Notes: generated by a model not told the origin, from the letters alone. Positions 1 to 10,206 are shown, counted from the first letter of the stretch. The stretch is DNA of 64,000 nt from Spirochaetota bacterium (GCA_016934735.1 JAFGSG010000025.1:16371-80370), one strand, 5' to 3'. Program-made: numbers and translations.

Positions 1-927
1 TTTTTTACAAAGATCATTAATGCTTAAATTTGAATTGATCTTTTTTGTAAAAAAGCTATTTAATAAATCCCTGAAATTAAAAATATTACCATCATTAATA
101 TAATCACGGAGTTTATTTTCATATTCAGAGTCAAATAATACAATATTGCAGTTTCCTGAAAGGTTGCCGTTAAAGTAGTTCCCTTTAAAGATATCATCTA
201 CTTTATCGATTTGTTCAATAATTCCATTTTTTACATATGAACAATAATAGCAATCTTCCTCCCTTGTAATAACAATAAATAATTTATTAAAACTTAATAA
301 ATAACTCATTAAGACTGCCTGACAGAGTTTGAATGTTACTCCCACACCAGCAAGCTCTTTAAATGGATATCCGGAATCCCATATTTTCGGATTGACAATT
401 ATAGCCTGAGGCAATTTCTCTTTCTGTTCATGATGGTCACAAACAATCACATCTATTCCAAATTTGCATGCGTATTCAATTTCATCAATGTCCCTGATTC
501 CGCAATCCAATGTGATAATTAAATCAATTTGATGATCACGCATTTCTTCAATTATTGATTTTCTCAAACCATACTCTTCATCGTCTACAGCAAAACGATA
601 ATATGGTTTTATTCCTAAGCGTTCCAAAAGATTAATAAGAATGGTTAGAGACGTGAGTCCGTCAACATCTGAATCTGCAAAAATACCGATCTTTTCTTTC
701 CTGTTTATAGCTGTCCGAATACGAGTTACGGCATCCTGCATGCCTTTCATTAAAAATGGACTATGTAAAGAAGATAATCTGGGATTTAAAAAATGATATG
801 CATCTGTTAAATTTGTAATGCCTCTGTTAATTAAAATTGCAGCTATTGATTTATCTATTCCCAGTGAAGCTGAAAATTCTTCAACAGCCTCATCGTTAAT
901 ACTTTTTGACAACCAGTTGGATTTCAT
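1..927 (-). CDS. recJ: Single-stranded-DNA-specific exonuclease RecJ, N-terminal ~309 codons; gene runs off the window start
   Basis: Reverse-strand ATG at 925-927; translation has DHH-family motifs IGIFADSDVDGLTS, TLDCG, VIVCDHHE and LAGVGVTFKL. The open frame continues to position 1. It is absent from the ORF track because it is partial. Confidence 0.8.
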   Translation of the reverse strand, partial: MKSNWLSKSINDEAVEEFSASLGIDKSIAAILINRGITNLTDAYHFLNPRLSSLHSPFLMKGMQDAVTRIRTAINRKEKIGIFADSDVDGLTSLTILINLLERLGIKPYYRFAVDDEEYGLRKSIIEEMRDHQIDLIITLDCGIRDIDEIEYACKFGIDVIVCDHHEQKEKLPQAIIVNPKIWDSGYPFKELAGVGVTFKLCQAVLMSYLLSFNKLFIVITREEDCYYCSYVKNGIIEQIDKVDDIFKGNYFNGNLSGNCNIVLFDSEYENKLRDYINDGNIFNFRDLLNSFFTKKINSNLSINDLCKK

Positions 928-935
928 TTCTATTT

Positions 936-1637
936 TCAGTATTTTTGCCGAGTAATTGTTTCTACTGCCATTTTTGCAAGATAATCGGCTTTTTCATTCA
1001 GCGATCTTGGTATATGTTCGATTCTGCAGTTGCTTATTTTTTTCTTGAGTTTAACCGCTTTTTCAAAAAGCGGCTTTATTGTATCGCTGGTTACTTTATA
1101 TTCGCCTTTTATCTGTTTCACTATCAGTTCCGAATCTGTCCTTATCTTTAATTCTTTGGTCTTGAAATAAATAGCTATTTTGAGCGCTCTAATTAAAGCT
1201 GTATATTCCGCATAATTATTTGTGTTAATTCCAATATAAGAAGAAACTTTTCCAACCATTCTGTCTTCTTTGTCATTGATAACTATACCAATTCCCGAAT
1301 GTCCTGGATTCCCGCTTGAAGCTCCATCTGTATATACCAATAAATATGATCCGAGCGGAACAGCTGAAAGTTCAGCTCCCTCAAAAATTTCTTCAGTTTC
1401 TATTTTATCATTTTCAACTGAAATTCCTGAAGATGATTCTTCAAAATTCGGCAATCCTTTCCTTTTAAAAATTATCTTTTTTTTCGTTTTTAACTTCTCT
1501 TTACTCTGCAATAATTTTCTTGCCTCTTCAATAACTTTACAGACATCACTTTCTTCAGCATGCGACAATTCTGCGATCTTTTGTACACTTTTGCCTTCTG
1601 CCAACAATTGTAAAACTCTATCAATACTTAAAAGCAT
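936..1637 (-). CDS. RNase H (type 1) fold protein with ~95-aa N-terminal HTH-like domain
   Basis: VYTDGASSGNPGHSGIGIVI ... NNYAEYTALIRAL ... IRTDSELIVKQ ... IEHIPRSLNEKADYLAKMA matches the RNase HI D-E-D-D catalytic signature. The N-terminus LSIDRVLQLLAEGKSVQKIAELSHAEESDVCKVIEEA resembles a sigma70 region-4 type HTH. Confidence 0.7.
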   Translation of the reverse strand: MLLSIDRVLQLLAEGKSVQKIAELSHAEESDVCKVIEEARKLLQSKEKLKTKKKIIFKRKGLPNFEESSSGISVENDKIETEEIFEGAELSAVPLGSYLLVYTDGASSGNPGHSGIGIVINDKEDRMVGKVSSYIGINTNNYAEYTALIRALKIAIYFKTKELKIRTDSELIVKQIKGEYKVTSDTIKPLFEKAVKLKKKISNCRIEHIPRSLNEKADYLAKMAVETITRQKY

Positions 1638-1735
1638 TTTTTCCTCGTTTTAATTAAACTGTAAAAAAAAATCCTTCTGAGAAACGAATTTTAAATGATC
1701 AATTAAATGATAAGTTTGTTTCTCTCTGAATTTAT

Positions 1736-1753
1736 CCCCGCCCTGCGGGCGGG
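1736..1753. other. GC-rich hairpin CCCGCCC-tgc-GGGCGGG between the zinc-ribbon and RNase H genes
   Basis: Perfect 7-bp GC stem in an AT-rich intergenic region with no clean flanking T-tract. Possibly an intra-operon attenuator or RNA processing element. Confidence 0.3.
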
Positions 1754-1795
1754 ATGATTTGCTAACTTCGATTAATAATCAAACAAGATCTTTAC

Positions 1796-2497
1796 TTATT
1801 CTTTATATAAAAATCTGCCGCAATTAGTACAATTTACTATCTTAGATTCTTTCAAAGCATCCTGAATCAGATTGAATGGCACCTGAAAATTACAAGCGCC
1901 GCAGATCTCGCCGTCAATTTTTGAAACGGCTATTCCATTATGTGATTTTGTAAGTTTCATGAATTTTGTCTTTACTACCGGAGACAATTGATCAACTTTA
2001 TCATCAAATTTATTTTGATTTTCATTGATTGACTCCTGGAATCTTATAATTCTTTCTTCCAGTCCTTGAATATCAGATAATGACTGTTTCTCCGATACAA
2101 TTGATTCCGCCTGTAAAATTTTTAATTCATCCTCTTTCTGTTTTATGAGGTCAAACAGATTAATCAATTCATCTTCAAGCGTGTCTTTATCCGATTTTAC
2201 TTTGCTGAATTCATGTTCTAAAGCAATTACTTCTTTTTCATTTTTAATGACATCTTTTCTTTTTTCTAATTTTTTTATTTGAGCATCCTTTTCTGCTAAT
2301 TCATTCTCTTTTTCTTTAATTCTAATTTTTATATTTTTTACATTTGTTTCCAGAATAAGTATTTCATCTGAATTTTTTTTAAGCTGATCCTTCCAGTACA
2401 AAATTGATTTATTACTTTTTTCAATTTCAGTCTTACCCCTAAGTATATTATCCCAGAATCTCTGGAGTTCAATCATTATAGTTATATCTTTATTCAT
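1796..2497 (-). CDS. Coiled-coil protein with C-terminal C4 zinc ribbon (COG1579-like, HP0958-type)
   Basis: Long K/E-rich heptad region, then CGACNF...CTNCGRF (CxxC-x16-CxxC). Its position upstream of the RNase H-like gene matches the usual Nif3/COG1579/RNaseH neighbourhood, although no Nif3 gene is present. Confidence 0.65.
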   Translation of the reverse strand: MNKDITIMIELQRFWDNILRGKTEIEKSNKSILYWKDQLKKNSDEILILETNVKNIKIRIKEKENELAEKDAQIKKLEKRKDVIKNEKEVIALEHEFSKVKSDKDTLEDELINLFDLIKQKEDELKILQAESIVSEKQSLSDIQGLEERIIRFQESINENQNKFDDKVDQLSPVVKTKFMKLTKSHNGIAVSKIDGEICGACNFQVPFNLIQDALKESKIVNCTNCGRFLYKE

Positions 2498-2650
2498 TTT
2501 TAAATATGTTTTGAGTATAGAGAAGTTAATAAAATATTTGACTTGCTGAATTAAATGCTAATTGATCTAAGATGTATTTAAAAATTTCCGATTAATGTCA
2601 AGGATTAAATAATACATTAAAAATCCTGTTTGCTAATATGAAATTTATTG

Positions 2651-2679
2651 TTGATAAAATTTTTTTCAATTAATATTAT
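2651..2679 (+). promoter_or_regulatory. Sigma70-like promoter TTGATA-N17-TATTAT for the phospho-sugar mutase gene
   Basis: TTGATA at 2651-2656 and TATTAT at 2674-2679, about 33 bp before the ATG at 2712; RBS aaggaaat at 2697-2704. Confidence 0.45.
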
Positions 2680-2711
2680 AAAATAATTTAAATTTTAAAG
2701 GAAATAAAATA

Positions 2712-4460
2712 ATGGATTCAATAATTCAATCGAGAATAGACGAATGGACTAAAAAGCCATTTCTTCCGGACACAATCAATGAGATAAATGAACTAATGAA
2801 GAATAAAAATGAGAAAGAACTGATTGACAGGTTTTATACAAACCTGGAATTCGGTACCGGCGGGCTTCGAGGTATTATAGGCGCTGGAACTAACAGGATC
2901 AATATATACACGATCGGTATGACTACACAGGGACTTGCAAATTATATATTATCCAAAAATAAAGCTGACAAAGGCGTTGTCATTGCCCGCGATTCAAGAA
3001 GGATGTCCGACGTGTTTGCAAAAGAAGCTGCTTCAATTCTGACCGGCAACGGCATAATAGTATATTTTTTTGATGATATTACGCCAACTCCCTTATGTTC
3101 ATTCGCGATACGCTGGCTCGGGACTGTTTCAGGAATCGTCATTACAGCAAGTCACAATCCTCCTAAATACAACGGCTATAAGGTTTATTGGGATGACGGA
3201 GGACAGGTGATTCCTCCCTATGATAAAGAAATAATCGAGCAGGTAAAATTAATTGATTCAATAGTTAAAATAAAAAAAATGGATTTTGAAATTGGCATCA
3301 AAACCGGGAAAATTAAAATTCTAAAAAATGAAATTTCTAATTCTTACATAAATAAATTAGAGAAAACCGCATTTAGAGATAAGTCTGAATCATCAATAAA
3401 AATTGTATATACGCCCCTTCATGGCACCGGATATAAAATTATACCTGATACCTTAAAACATTTTGGATTTAGTAATATACACATTGTTAACGAACAGGCA
3501 AAACCTGACGGTAATTTCCCGACTGTGAAATATCCCAATCCCGAAGAAAAAGGCGCTCTTGCTTTATCACTTAAACTTGCAGAAATGACAGATGCTGATA
3601 TTATTATGGCAACTGATCCTGATGCAGACAGAATTGGTATAGGGTTTAAGGATAATGACAATAACTATATTCTTATTAACGGCAATCAAATTGGAGTTAT
3701 GCTTGAATATTATCTGCTGACAAGATTAAAAGAGACAAATAAAATCCCGCTTAACGGAGCAATTATAAAAACAATTGTTACAACCGATTTGCAGGAAGAA
3801 ATTGCAGAAAATTTTAACTGTAAAACGGAAAATGTTCTCACAGGTTTTAAATGGATAGCAAAAAAAATGAAAGAGTATGACGAAACAGGTGACAGAACAT
3901 TTATATTCGGCGGTGAAGAAAGCTTCGGTTATCTGCCTGTTAATTTCGTTAGAGATAAAGATGCTGTAAGTGCCTGTTATTTTTTTGCAGAAATGGCTGA
4001 CTGGCTCTCAAAAAAAGGAACGAATTTGTATGATTTTTTAAATCAAATATATATTAATTTTAAAGTTTATCTTGAAGATCTTCATTCCCTAACATTGAAA
4101 GGATTAAACGGTATGGAAAAAATAAATAAAATAATGGAAGAGTTTAGATTAAATCCTCCAGGAGAATTTGCCGGTTTTAATGTTAAAAGAATTGCCGATA
4201 TTGAAACTTTAAAACAAAACGATTTAATTTTAAAACAGGAAAAATCAATAAAGCTTCCTAAATCAAATGTTCTGCAATTCTTTTTAGATAAAGGCGCAAA
4301 GCTTACAATGAGGCCTTCAGGGACTGAACCTAAAATAAAATTTTACTTCAGTATTAACGAAAAGGCAGACACAAGTAACATTGAAGAAATAAAACTAAAA
4401 CTCAGAGAACAGATCGAACTTTTAAAAAATGATTTAATCTCTAAAGTTGAAAAAATATAA
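2712..4460 (+). CDS. Phosphoglucomutase/phosphomannomutase family protein (alpha-D-phosphohexomutase)
   Basis: GTGGLRG, active-site Ser loop TASHNPPKYNGYKV, GEESFG sugar-binding motif; 582 aa. Confidence 0.85.
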   Translation: MDSIIQSRIDEWTKKPFLPDTINEINELMKNKNEKELIDRFYTNLEFGTGGLRGIIGAGTNRINIYTIGMTTQGLANYILSKNKADKGVVIARDSRRMSDVFAKEAASILTGNGIIVYFFDDITPTPLCSFAIRWLGTVSGIVITASHNPPKYNGYKVYWDDGGQVIPPYDKEIIEQVKLIDSIVKIKKMDFEIGIKTGKIKILKNEISNSYINKLEKTAFRDKSESSIKIVYTPLHGTGYKIIPDTLKHFGFSNIHIVNEQAKPDGNFPTVKYPNPEEKGALALSLKLAEMTDADIIMATDPDADRIGIGFKDNDNNYILINGNQIGVMLEYYLLTRLKETNKIPLNGAIIKTIVTTDLQEEIAENFNCKTENVLTGFKWIAKKMKEYDETGDRTFIFGGEESFGYLPVNFVRDKDAVSACYFFAEMADWLSKKGTNLYDFLNQIYINFKVYLEDLHSLTLKGLNGMEKINKIMEEFRLNPPGEFAGFNVKRIADIETLKQNDLILKQEKSIKLPKSNVLQFFLDKGAKLTMRPSGTEPKIKFYFSINEKADTSNIEEIKLKLREQIELLKNDLISKVEKI

Positions 4461-4470
4461 AATAGCCAAT

Positions 4471-4500
4471 CTTGCTCTTGCTGTCAACAGCAGGAGCAAG
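4471..4500. terminator. Bidirectional rho-independent terminator between convergent pgm-like and recD genes
   Basis: 13-bp stem CTTGCTCTTGCTG / CAGCAGGAGCAAG (one G:U), loop TCAA, A/T-rich flanks. Confidence 0.6.
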
Positions 4501-4531
4501 ACGAGTATCTGATGTTACTTCGATTATTTTT

Positions 4532-6397
4532 CTAAATATTCCATAAAGAATCTTTTAAACCCGATATTCTTTTTGTTGCATTATTTATCATGTATCGCAG
4601 TATATCCTCATTGCCGTATATTTCGATTTTTTTACGCGCTCTGGTAACTGCTGTATATAAAAGTTCTCTCGAAAGCACCGGATTTATACGGTCAGGTAAA
4701 ACCAGGAGAACATTATCAAACTCTGATCCCTGGCTTTTATGAACTGTTAAAGCATATGCTGTTTCATGCTCCGGCAGTTTTGAAGGAAGAATTTTTCTTA
4801 TAGTGCCGTCAGGCGAAGCAGTAAAAAAACGCACAATACCGTCTTCTGGGTCTTTGCGCATAATACCCAGATCACCGTTATATAATTTTACATTATATTC
4901 ATTTTTTAAAATTATTACAGGACGTCCTTCATACCACATTACATTATTCGAAATCAGGCCGGCTTTTAGTAATATTTTTTCAATAAGAATATTTATTTGT
5001 TCAATACCATACGGACCTTTACGCAGGGCGCATAAAATAGTGAAGTTTGAATATAAATTCAGCGCATCTTTAGGTAATTTGGCCTTGATCAAAGGGCTAT
5101 AGCCGTTAATTACTTTTAACCGTATTGAATTAATTAACATTACGGAAGATTTAAATGTACTACTATTTAAAAAAGAAATATCAGTAAATTGAGTGGATTT
5201 TAAAATATTGAAAAACTTATCTGCTTCCCCGTCTTTAATAGCCCTGCTTAATTCTCCTATTCCGCTTTCATCGGAAAATCTATAGCTTTTTGTAAGGGTA
5301 TAAATTGAATCAGCAATAGACTGCCACTTCTTTCTATCGGTAGATTTGTCTGTTATATTATCATTTAATATTTCTTCTAGTCTGCTTATAAGTTTTTTAG
5401 AGAATGAGTGTCTGTTGCCCGTATCACAGATATCTCCAAGTACAGCGCCAGCTTCAACTGATGAAAGCTGATCTTTATCTCCAATAAGTATCACTCTTGA
5501 GTTTATCGGTATAGCTTCGAAAAGTTTTGCCGTAAGAGCCAGATCGGCCATGGAAGATTCATCAATAACAACAATATGATAAGGTAATTGATTATTGATA
5601 TTATATCGAAAATTTAATGAACCCTGAAAGCTTCCAAGGAGCCTGTGTATTGTAAAGCTTTCGTCCGGAATATTCTCCCTTACCTTATCACTACAGTCAA
5701 TATGTTCCCGGACATTCTTAACCGCTTCTGAAAGCCGTGCTGCAGCCTTACCGGTTGGTGCCGCAAGAGCAATTTTTAAATGTCCATCCTTTATATTCTC
5801 AAGCAGAAGAGCAAGTATTTTTATGACAAGGCTTGTCTTGCCTGTGCCCGGACCGCCTGTTATTACGCAAAATCCTGAAAGACATGCTCCGATCGCTGCA
5901 ATTTGCTGATTAACATCGTCTTCAGATTTGAAAAACCTTGTCATGCTTTTCTTTAACACGTTTGTATCAATATCAAAAACAGCCGTGAGCCTTTTTTTTA
6001 TATTCTCAGCTAATTTGTACTCATAAAGCCAGTAACGGTATAAATACAGTCTGCCGTTATCATCAAGTATTAAAGGTTTGACATCACCCGGCCTTCCAAT
6101 TACATCACTCTTTTTTAGTATTGTATGCCATTCATCTTCATCATATAAATAAATTCCATCAGTGTTACTATTTTCATTTAGAATGCTATATATATTTTTC
6201 CCTGCAACTGAAGGGATATGGACGCAAACACTTCCCTTGCTTATGTGATTACTCACGAGACGCGCTGCTAAAACAAGCTCCGGGGTGTACGAACCGGCAA
6301 GTCTTGCCATGAAATCGCCGAATTGCTTGTCAAGCTGTGTAAAGAGCATCGGATTTGTTGCATCTATTTCTTTTACAATATCTGGCAGTCCTTTCAC
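4532..6397 (-). CDS. recD: Exodeoxyribonuclease V alpha subunit RecD
   Basis: Walker A GGPGTGKTS, DESSM Walker B, C-terminal YTAVTRARKKIEIYG; overlaps the recB stop by 4 nt. Confidence 0.85.
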   Translation of the reverse strand: MKGLPDIVKEIDATNPMLFTQLDKQFGDFMARLAGSYTPELVLAARLVSNHISKGSVCVHIPSVAGKNIYSILNENSNTDGIYLYDEDEWHTILKKSDVIGRPGDVKPLILDDNGRLYLYRYWLYEYKLAENIKKRLTAVFDIDTNVLKKSMTRFFKSEDDVNQQIAAIGACLSGFCVITGGPGTGKTSLVIKILALLLENIKDGHLKIALAAPTGKAAARLSEAVKNVREHIDCSDKVRENIPDESFTIHRLLGSFQGSLNFRYNINNQLPYHIVVIDESSMADLALTAKLFEAIPINSRVILIGDKDQLSSVEAGAVLGDICDTGNRHSFSKKLISRLEEILNDNITDKSTDRKKWQSIADSIYTLTKSYRFSDESGIGELSRAIKDGEADKFFNILKSTQFTDISFLNSSTFKSSVMLINSIRLKVINGYSPLIKAKLPKDALNLYSNFTILCALRKGPYGIEQINILIEKILLKAGLISNNVMWYEGRPVIILKNEYNVKLYNGDLGIMRKDPEDGIVRFFTASPDGTIRKILPSKLPEHETAYALTVHKSQGSEFDNVLLVLPDRINPVLSRELLYTAVTRARKKIEIYGNEDILRYMINNATKRISGLKDSLWNI

Positions 6398-9300
6398 GAA
6401 GCAGACACCTCTGGTTTTGATAAATAATCGCTGAGAGCCTGAATCATTTCTTTTGATGGGACATCATGATATATGCCGGAGTACGGATAATCAGGGTGGG
6501 CACCCCTGACGAATATGTAAAAAACACCTCCAAAGTGGGTGTCAAAATTATATCCCGGTTTTCTGGATAGTAAATATTTATGTAAAGCTACTGAGTAAAT
6601 ATAATATTGTAAAATATAATAATGTTCTTCCATTGTACTGTTTATTTTTCCAATAGAATAATCCTCAATGTCATTACCGAGAAAATTTGATTTCCAATCG
6701 ACAATATAATATTTCTCATTATGCTGAAATACCATATCTATATAGCCCTTTATAAATCCCTTATGAGGTTTAAAGCCAAGACGTTCAACTGATTGAACAA
6801 AATTTTTATTTAAATTAAGGCAGGATAAACGGAATATTTCTGCCAGACCTTCTGAGGCGATCAAAGTTAATGGAAAATAAAATTCCAGTTCATTTATCCT
6901 GTTGTTTTCAGAAATATTTCCAAGTATAAAATTCGGCAAATCCGGAGAAAGCCTGCTATTCAACACATTGTTGATCATGATAAAGATGGTATCCTGCCAG
7001 TCAGTTCCAATACCATATTTTATAAGCATTTCCTTAATAATAAATTTTGTTTGTTCTTCTTCACTGCGGATATAATCCAGTTTCTCAAATACCTCGTGTA
7101 TACATGTGCCTGGAACAGGTCCCTTTGGGAATAAAAATATGTTTTTATTATTGATAATTGATTCGGGTGATATATCAGTAAGATTTCCGACATTGTCATG
7201 ATCCGGTCTTTCGTCGTATTCTTTAGCGTCATGTGTCAGGGATGAAAAACTAGATACTTTCCACTCATTTTTAATAATACCATTAAAAATCTTGCGGCTG
7301 AAATCACCCGATGTATTAAAAATAATATTGCGTTTATATTCGAAATCAGGCAGATCACTTAAAAAGATTGTGCCGTCTGATTCTTCAGCAATATCTTTAA
7401 TGTCTTTTATTATTGAATCATAAGTCAAAAATTGTTTATTATCCTTAAGTTTTTTTACCGGATCATGAGTATCTTTTTCTTTATAATGGAACATGTATGC
7501 AGGCGCTGATGTCTCCGTTTCATTTATCCTTCCCCAGAAAAGATATGCACGCTGCTTTGCTCTTGTAAGAGCAACATATAAAAGACGCATATTCTCCGCC
7601 AATTCTTCAATTTCGGCAATGTTTTTATTATTATCCTCCTGAGCAAGGTCCAGTGTAAGATTGTAATTATTTTTAGGATCATGAAAAATACAAGCTTTGC
7701 CTTTATCAAGAGTTGAGCCTTCCCATGTAAATGGACAGAAAACAACCGGAAACTCCAGACCTTTGCTTCGATGAATGGTTAATATTTTAACGGCATCATC
7801 ATCAGTTTCAAGACGGATTTCATATTCATCGGATTCATCAGGACTATTATGCTTTTCTCTCAGCCATTTAATAAGCGTTTCTATACTAAGCATGTTTTCA
7901 CTTTCAGCGTTGTGCATTAGCTCAGCCAGATGCATCAGATTAGTCATGCGGCGTTCGCCGTCAATAAATGAAAGCAGCCTTCCCCGAACGCCTTCATTCT
8001 CAATAAGATGTCTAAACATCCGGAAAAATCCATAGTTTGCCCACAGGTCATGATAGATGTAAAATCTGTTAATATAATTCTCTAGTGAAATTTCATTTTG
8101 AGCAAGAAGTAATATATCCTTCCCATTTAATCCCATCATATCAGTTGAAAGCGCAGCTTTCATCAGTCTTTCATCCCCCGGAACAGATAGCGATAACATG
8201 ACTCTTTCCACTTCCATTGCTTCGTGAGACTCGAATATACTTGCAGAACCATATAAAACACCCGGAATGTTGAATCGTCGCAGTTCGTTCTGCACCATCC
8301 TTGCCTGGTGATTTTTACGGACAAGAACAGCGATCTGTCCGGGTTTTATTGCTATCTTTTCTGAATTCTTCTCCCCTCCTTCTGCACTAATAAGATTGTA
8401 TATTTCGCCGGCAACTGCCTGAGAGATAAGCATAGCGGCTTTGCCCTTAGTAATTACGCCGTCCTTCCTGTTACTTTTGTCTTTATTAAGAATCCAGATC
8501 TTTAATAAAGAATCCTTATCTTTTTTTTCAACCATGGTGCCGGATTTAATTGCATTATATTCAATTTCTTCAAATACAAATGGACTGGATATGTTTCCAA
8601 AAATCGTATTTACAGCTTTTAAAAGTTCCGGCGTGGATCTCCAGTTTTTTCCAAGCGTGTAGCGATTATTAGTATTATTAGACGCCTTTAAATACGCAAA
8701 AATATCCGCACCGCGGAATTTGTATATTGACTGTTTAGGATCGCCAATCAAAAATAAGACAGAGTCTCCGGCAGCGAAAATATTGCGGAAAATATTATAC
8801 TGGACGGGGTCGCTGTCCTGGAATTCGTCAATAAGAGCTACCGTATAACGAGCCCTGACAGATTTTGCAAAGATGCTGTCTTTCCCCTCTGCTGACGCTG
8901 AATACATATGGATAAGGAGATCATCGAAAGTAATTAAATTCAGCTTTTGCTTTCTTTTATCTGCTTCTGATTTTACAAAGCTAAATATCTCCTTTTTTAA
9001 AAAAATAATATATTTATCAAAAATAGATACTAATGTATTATAAATATTCAGAAAGTCTTCACAGATATTAAAAAATTTGTTATCCGGAGCCTCGAAGCCT
9101 TTATTAATTGAATTTCTGATTGAAGAGACGGTAAACTTATAAAAATCAGCAAACATCATTACAGCATTATCCGAAGAGAGGTATTCATTCATTTGAAAAA
9201 TTAATTTTGGCGAATGTGTTCCGTATTTATTTTTATTCAATCCTTTATGCGATAAAAATATATTTTCAACTATGGATTTATTGCCTATCCATTCATTTTG

Positions 9301-9972
9301 CAATTCTTTATACGCGATTAAAAACCGTGTTTCAATTTTAGAAAAATCAGGTTTCATAACCTTTGGTATTATTTCAAATGAGGGATCAATTGACAAATTA
9401 TGTAATACCTCAAAAAACAATGATGTATTGATTTTATTTTTAATTGCATACTGAATCAATAGAGGCGAAGCAGTATAAAAATTTTTCCGCCAGAAATCAT
9501 CTACAATTTCCTGGATCAATGCTGATTGGTCTTTTACAAGTTCGGCCTCGAAAAGCGAATTGCTCTCGAAAGCGTTTTCAGCAAGCATCCTTTTGCAAAA
9601 ACCGTGTATGGTACAGATTGAGGTCTCGTCAAAACGCGTAAGTGCGTCTTTTAAACGCCATAATACGGATTCACTGTTTTTATATTTTTTTATAATTTCA
9701 GCCATAAGATCATCATTTTCTGAACGAATAACACCATCCGTTAAAGCCTTAAGTGCTTCTTTAAGCCGTTCTCTTATCCTGGAACGAAGCTCCTCGGTCG
9801 CTGCTTCAGTATATGTTACAGTTAAAATCTTATCCGCCATTATTCCCTTTTCAACTATAAGTCTAAGAAATAGGCCGGCTATAATATATGTCTTTCCTGT
9901 GCCTGCACTTGCTTCAATAAGATTTATTCCCTTAAGAGGTGAATGTACCAGATCAAAATATTGCATGTTCAT
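6394..9972 (-). CDS. recB: Exodeoxyribonuclease V beta subunit RecB (UvrD-type helicase plus C-terminal PD-(D/E)XK nuclease)
   Basis: N-terminus LIEASAGTGKTYIIAGLFLRL, helicase motifs, C-terminal GYIDMVF...YYIVDWKSN nuclease motif; 1192 aa. Confidence 0.9.
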   Translation of the reverse strand: MNMQYFDLVHSPLKGINLIEASAGTGKTYIIAGLFLRLIVEKGIMADKILTVTYTEAATEELRSRIRERLKEALKALTDGVIRSENDDLMAEIIKKYKNSESVLWRLKDALTRFDETSICTIHGFCKRMLAENAFESNSLFEAELVKDQSALIQEIVDDFWRKNFYTASPLLIQYAIKNKINTSLFFEVLHNLSIDPSFEIIPKVMKPDFSKIETRFLIAYKELQNEWIGNKSIVENIFLSHKGLNKNKYGTHSPKLIFQMNEYLSSDNAVMMFADFYKFTVSSIRNSINKGFEAPDNKFFNICEDFLNIYNTLVSIFDKYIIFLKKEIFSFVKSEADKRKQKLNLITFDDLLIHMYSASAEGKDSIFAKSVRARYTVALIDEFQDSDPVQYNIFRNIFAAGDSVLFLIGDPKQSIYKFRGADIFAYLKASNNTNNRYTLGKNWRSTPELLKAVNTIFGNISSPFVFEEIEYNAIKSGTMVEKKDKDSLLKIWILNKDKSNRKDGVITKGKAAMLISQAVAGEIYNLISAEGGEKNSEKIAIKPGQIAVLVRKNHQARMVQNELRRFNIPGVLYGSASIFESHEAMEVERVMLSLSVPGDERLMKAALSTDMMGLNGKDILLLAQNEISLENYINRFYIYHDLWANYGFFRMFRHLIENEGVRGRLLSFIDGERRMTNLMHLAELMHNAESENMLSIETLIKWLREKHNSPDESDEYEIRLETDDDAVKILTIHRSKGLEFPVVFCPFTWEGSTLDKGKACIFHDPKNNYNLTLDLAQEDNNKNIAEIEELAENMRLLYVALTRAKQRAYLFWGRINETETSAPAYMFHYKEKDTHDPVKKLKDNKQFLTYDSIIKDIKDIAEESDGTIFLSDLPDFEYKRNIIFNTSGDFSRKIFNGIIKNEWKVSSFSSLTHDAKEYDERPDHDNVGNLTDISPESIINNKNIFLFPKGPVPGTCIHEVFEKLDYIRSEEEQTKFIIKEMLIKYGIGTDWQDTIFIMINNVLNSRLSPDLPNFILGNISENNRINELEFYFPLTLIASEGLAEIFRLSCLNLNKNFVQSVERLGFKPHKGFIKGYIDMVFQHNEKYYIVDWKSNFLGNDIEDYSIGKINSTMEEHYYILQYYIYSVALHKYLLSRKPGYNFDTHFGGVFYIFVRGAHPDYPYSGIYHDVPSKEMIQALSDYLSKPEVSAS

Positions 9973-10069
9973 TATATTTTAGGAAAAAAATTTATAATAT
10001 GTCATAGCATTTATAATAGCAACTAATACTCTCTTTTAAACTTCAATAGAGATTTTATGATGCACTCTT

Positions 10070-10097
10070 ATAATAAAATTCATTATCAAATAGTCAA
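10070..10097 (-). promoter_or_regulatory. Putative recBD promoter (TTGACT-N16-TATTAT) containing the recurring AAATATTTGACT motif
   Basis: On the minus strand TTGACT lies at 10092-10097 and TATTAT at 10070-10075, about 95 nt upstream of the recB ATG. The same 19-mer is found at 26721-26739. Confidence 0.4.
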
Positions 10098-10206
10098 ATA
10101 TTTAATCATTCGAGACATAATTCATATTAAAATATTTGATAATCAAAAAAGCATTGAAATTAAACTAAGTATAATTTGTCATAGTTAAGTGTAACAAGGA
10201 GGATAT

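Noticed and set aside
906-1151. 81-aa plus-strand ORF overlapping the recJ start and the RNase H-like gene end
   Set aside because: It lies entirely antisense to well-supported genes, has a Phe/Tyr/Cys-rich low-complexity translation, and has no RBS. It is a chance open frame.
9560-9982. 140-aa plus-strand ORF antisense to the 5' end of recB
   Set aside because: It is antisense to the RecB Walker A region, has no RBS, and is Ser-rich low complexity.
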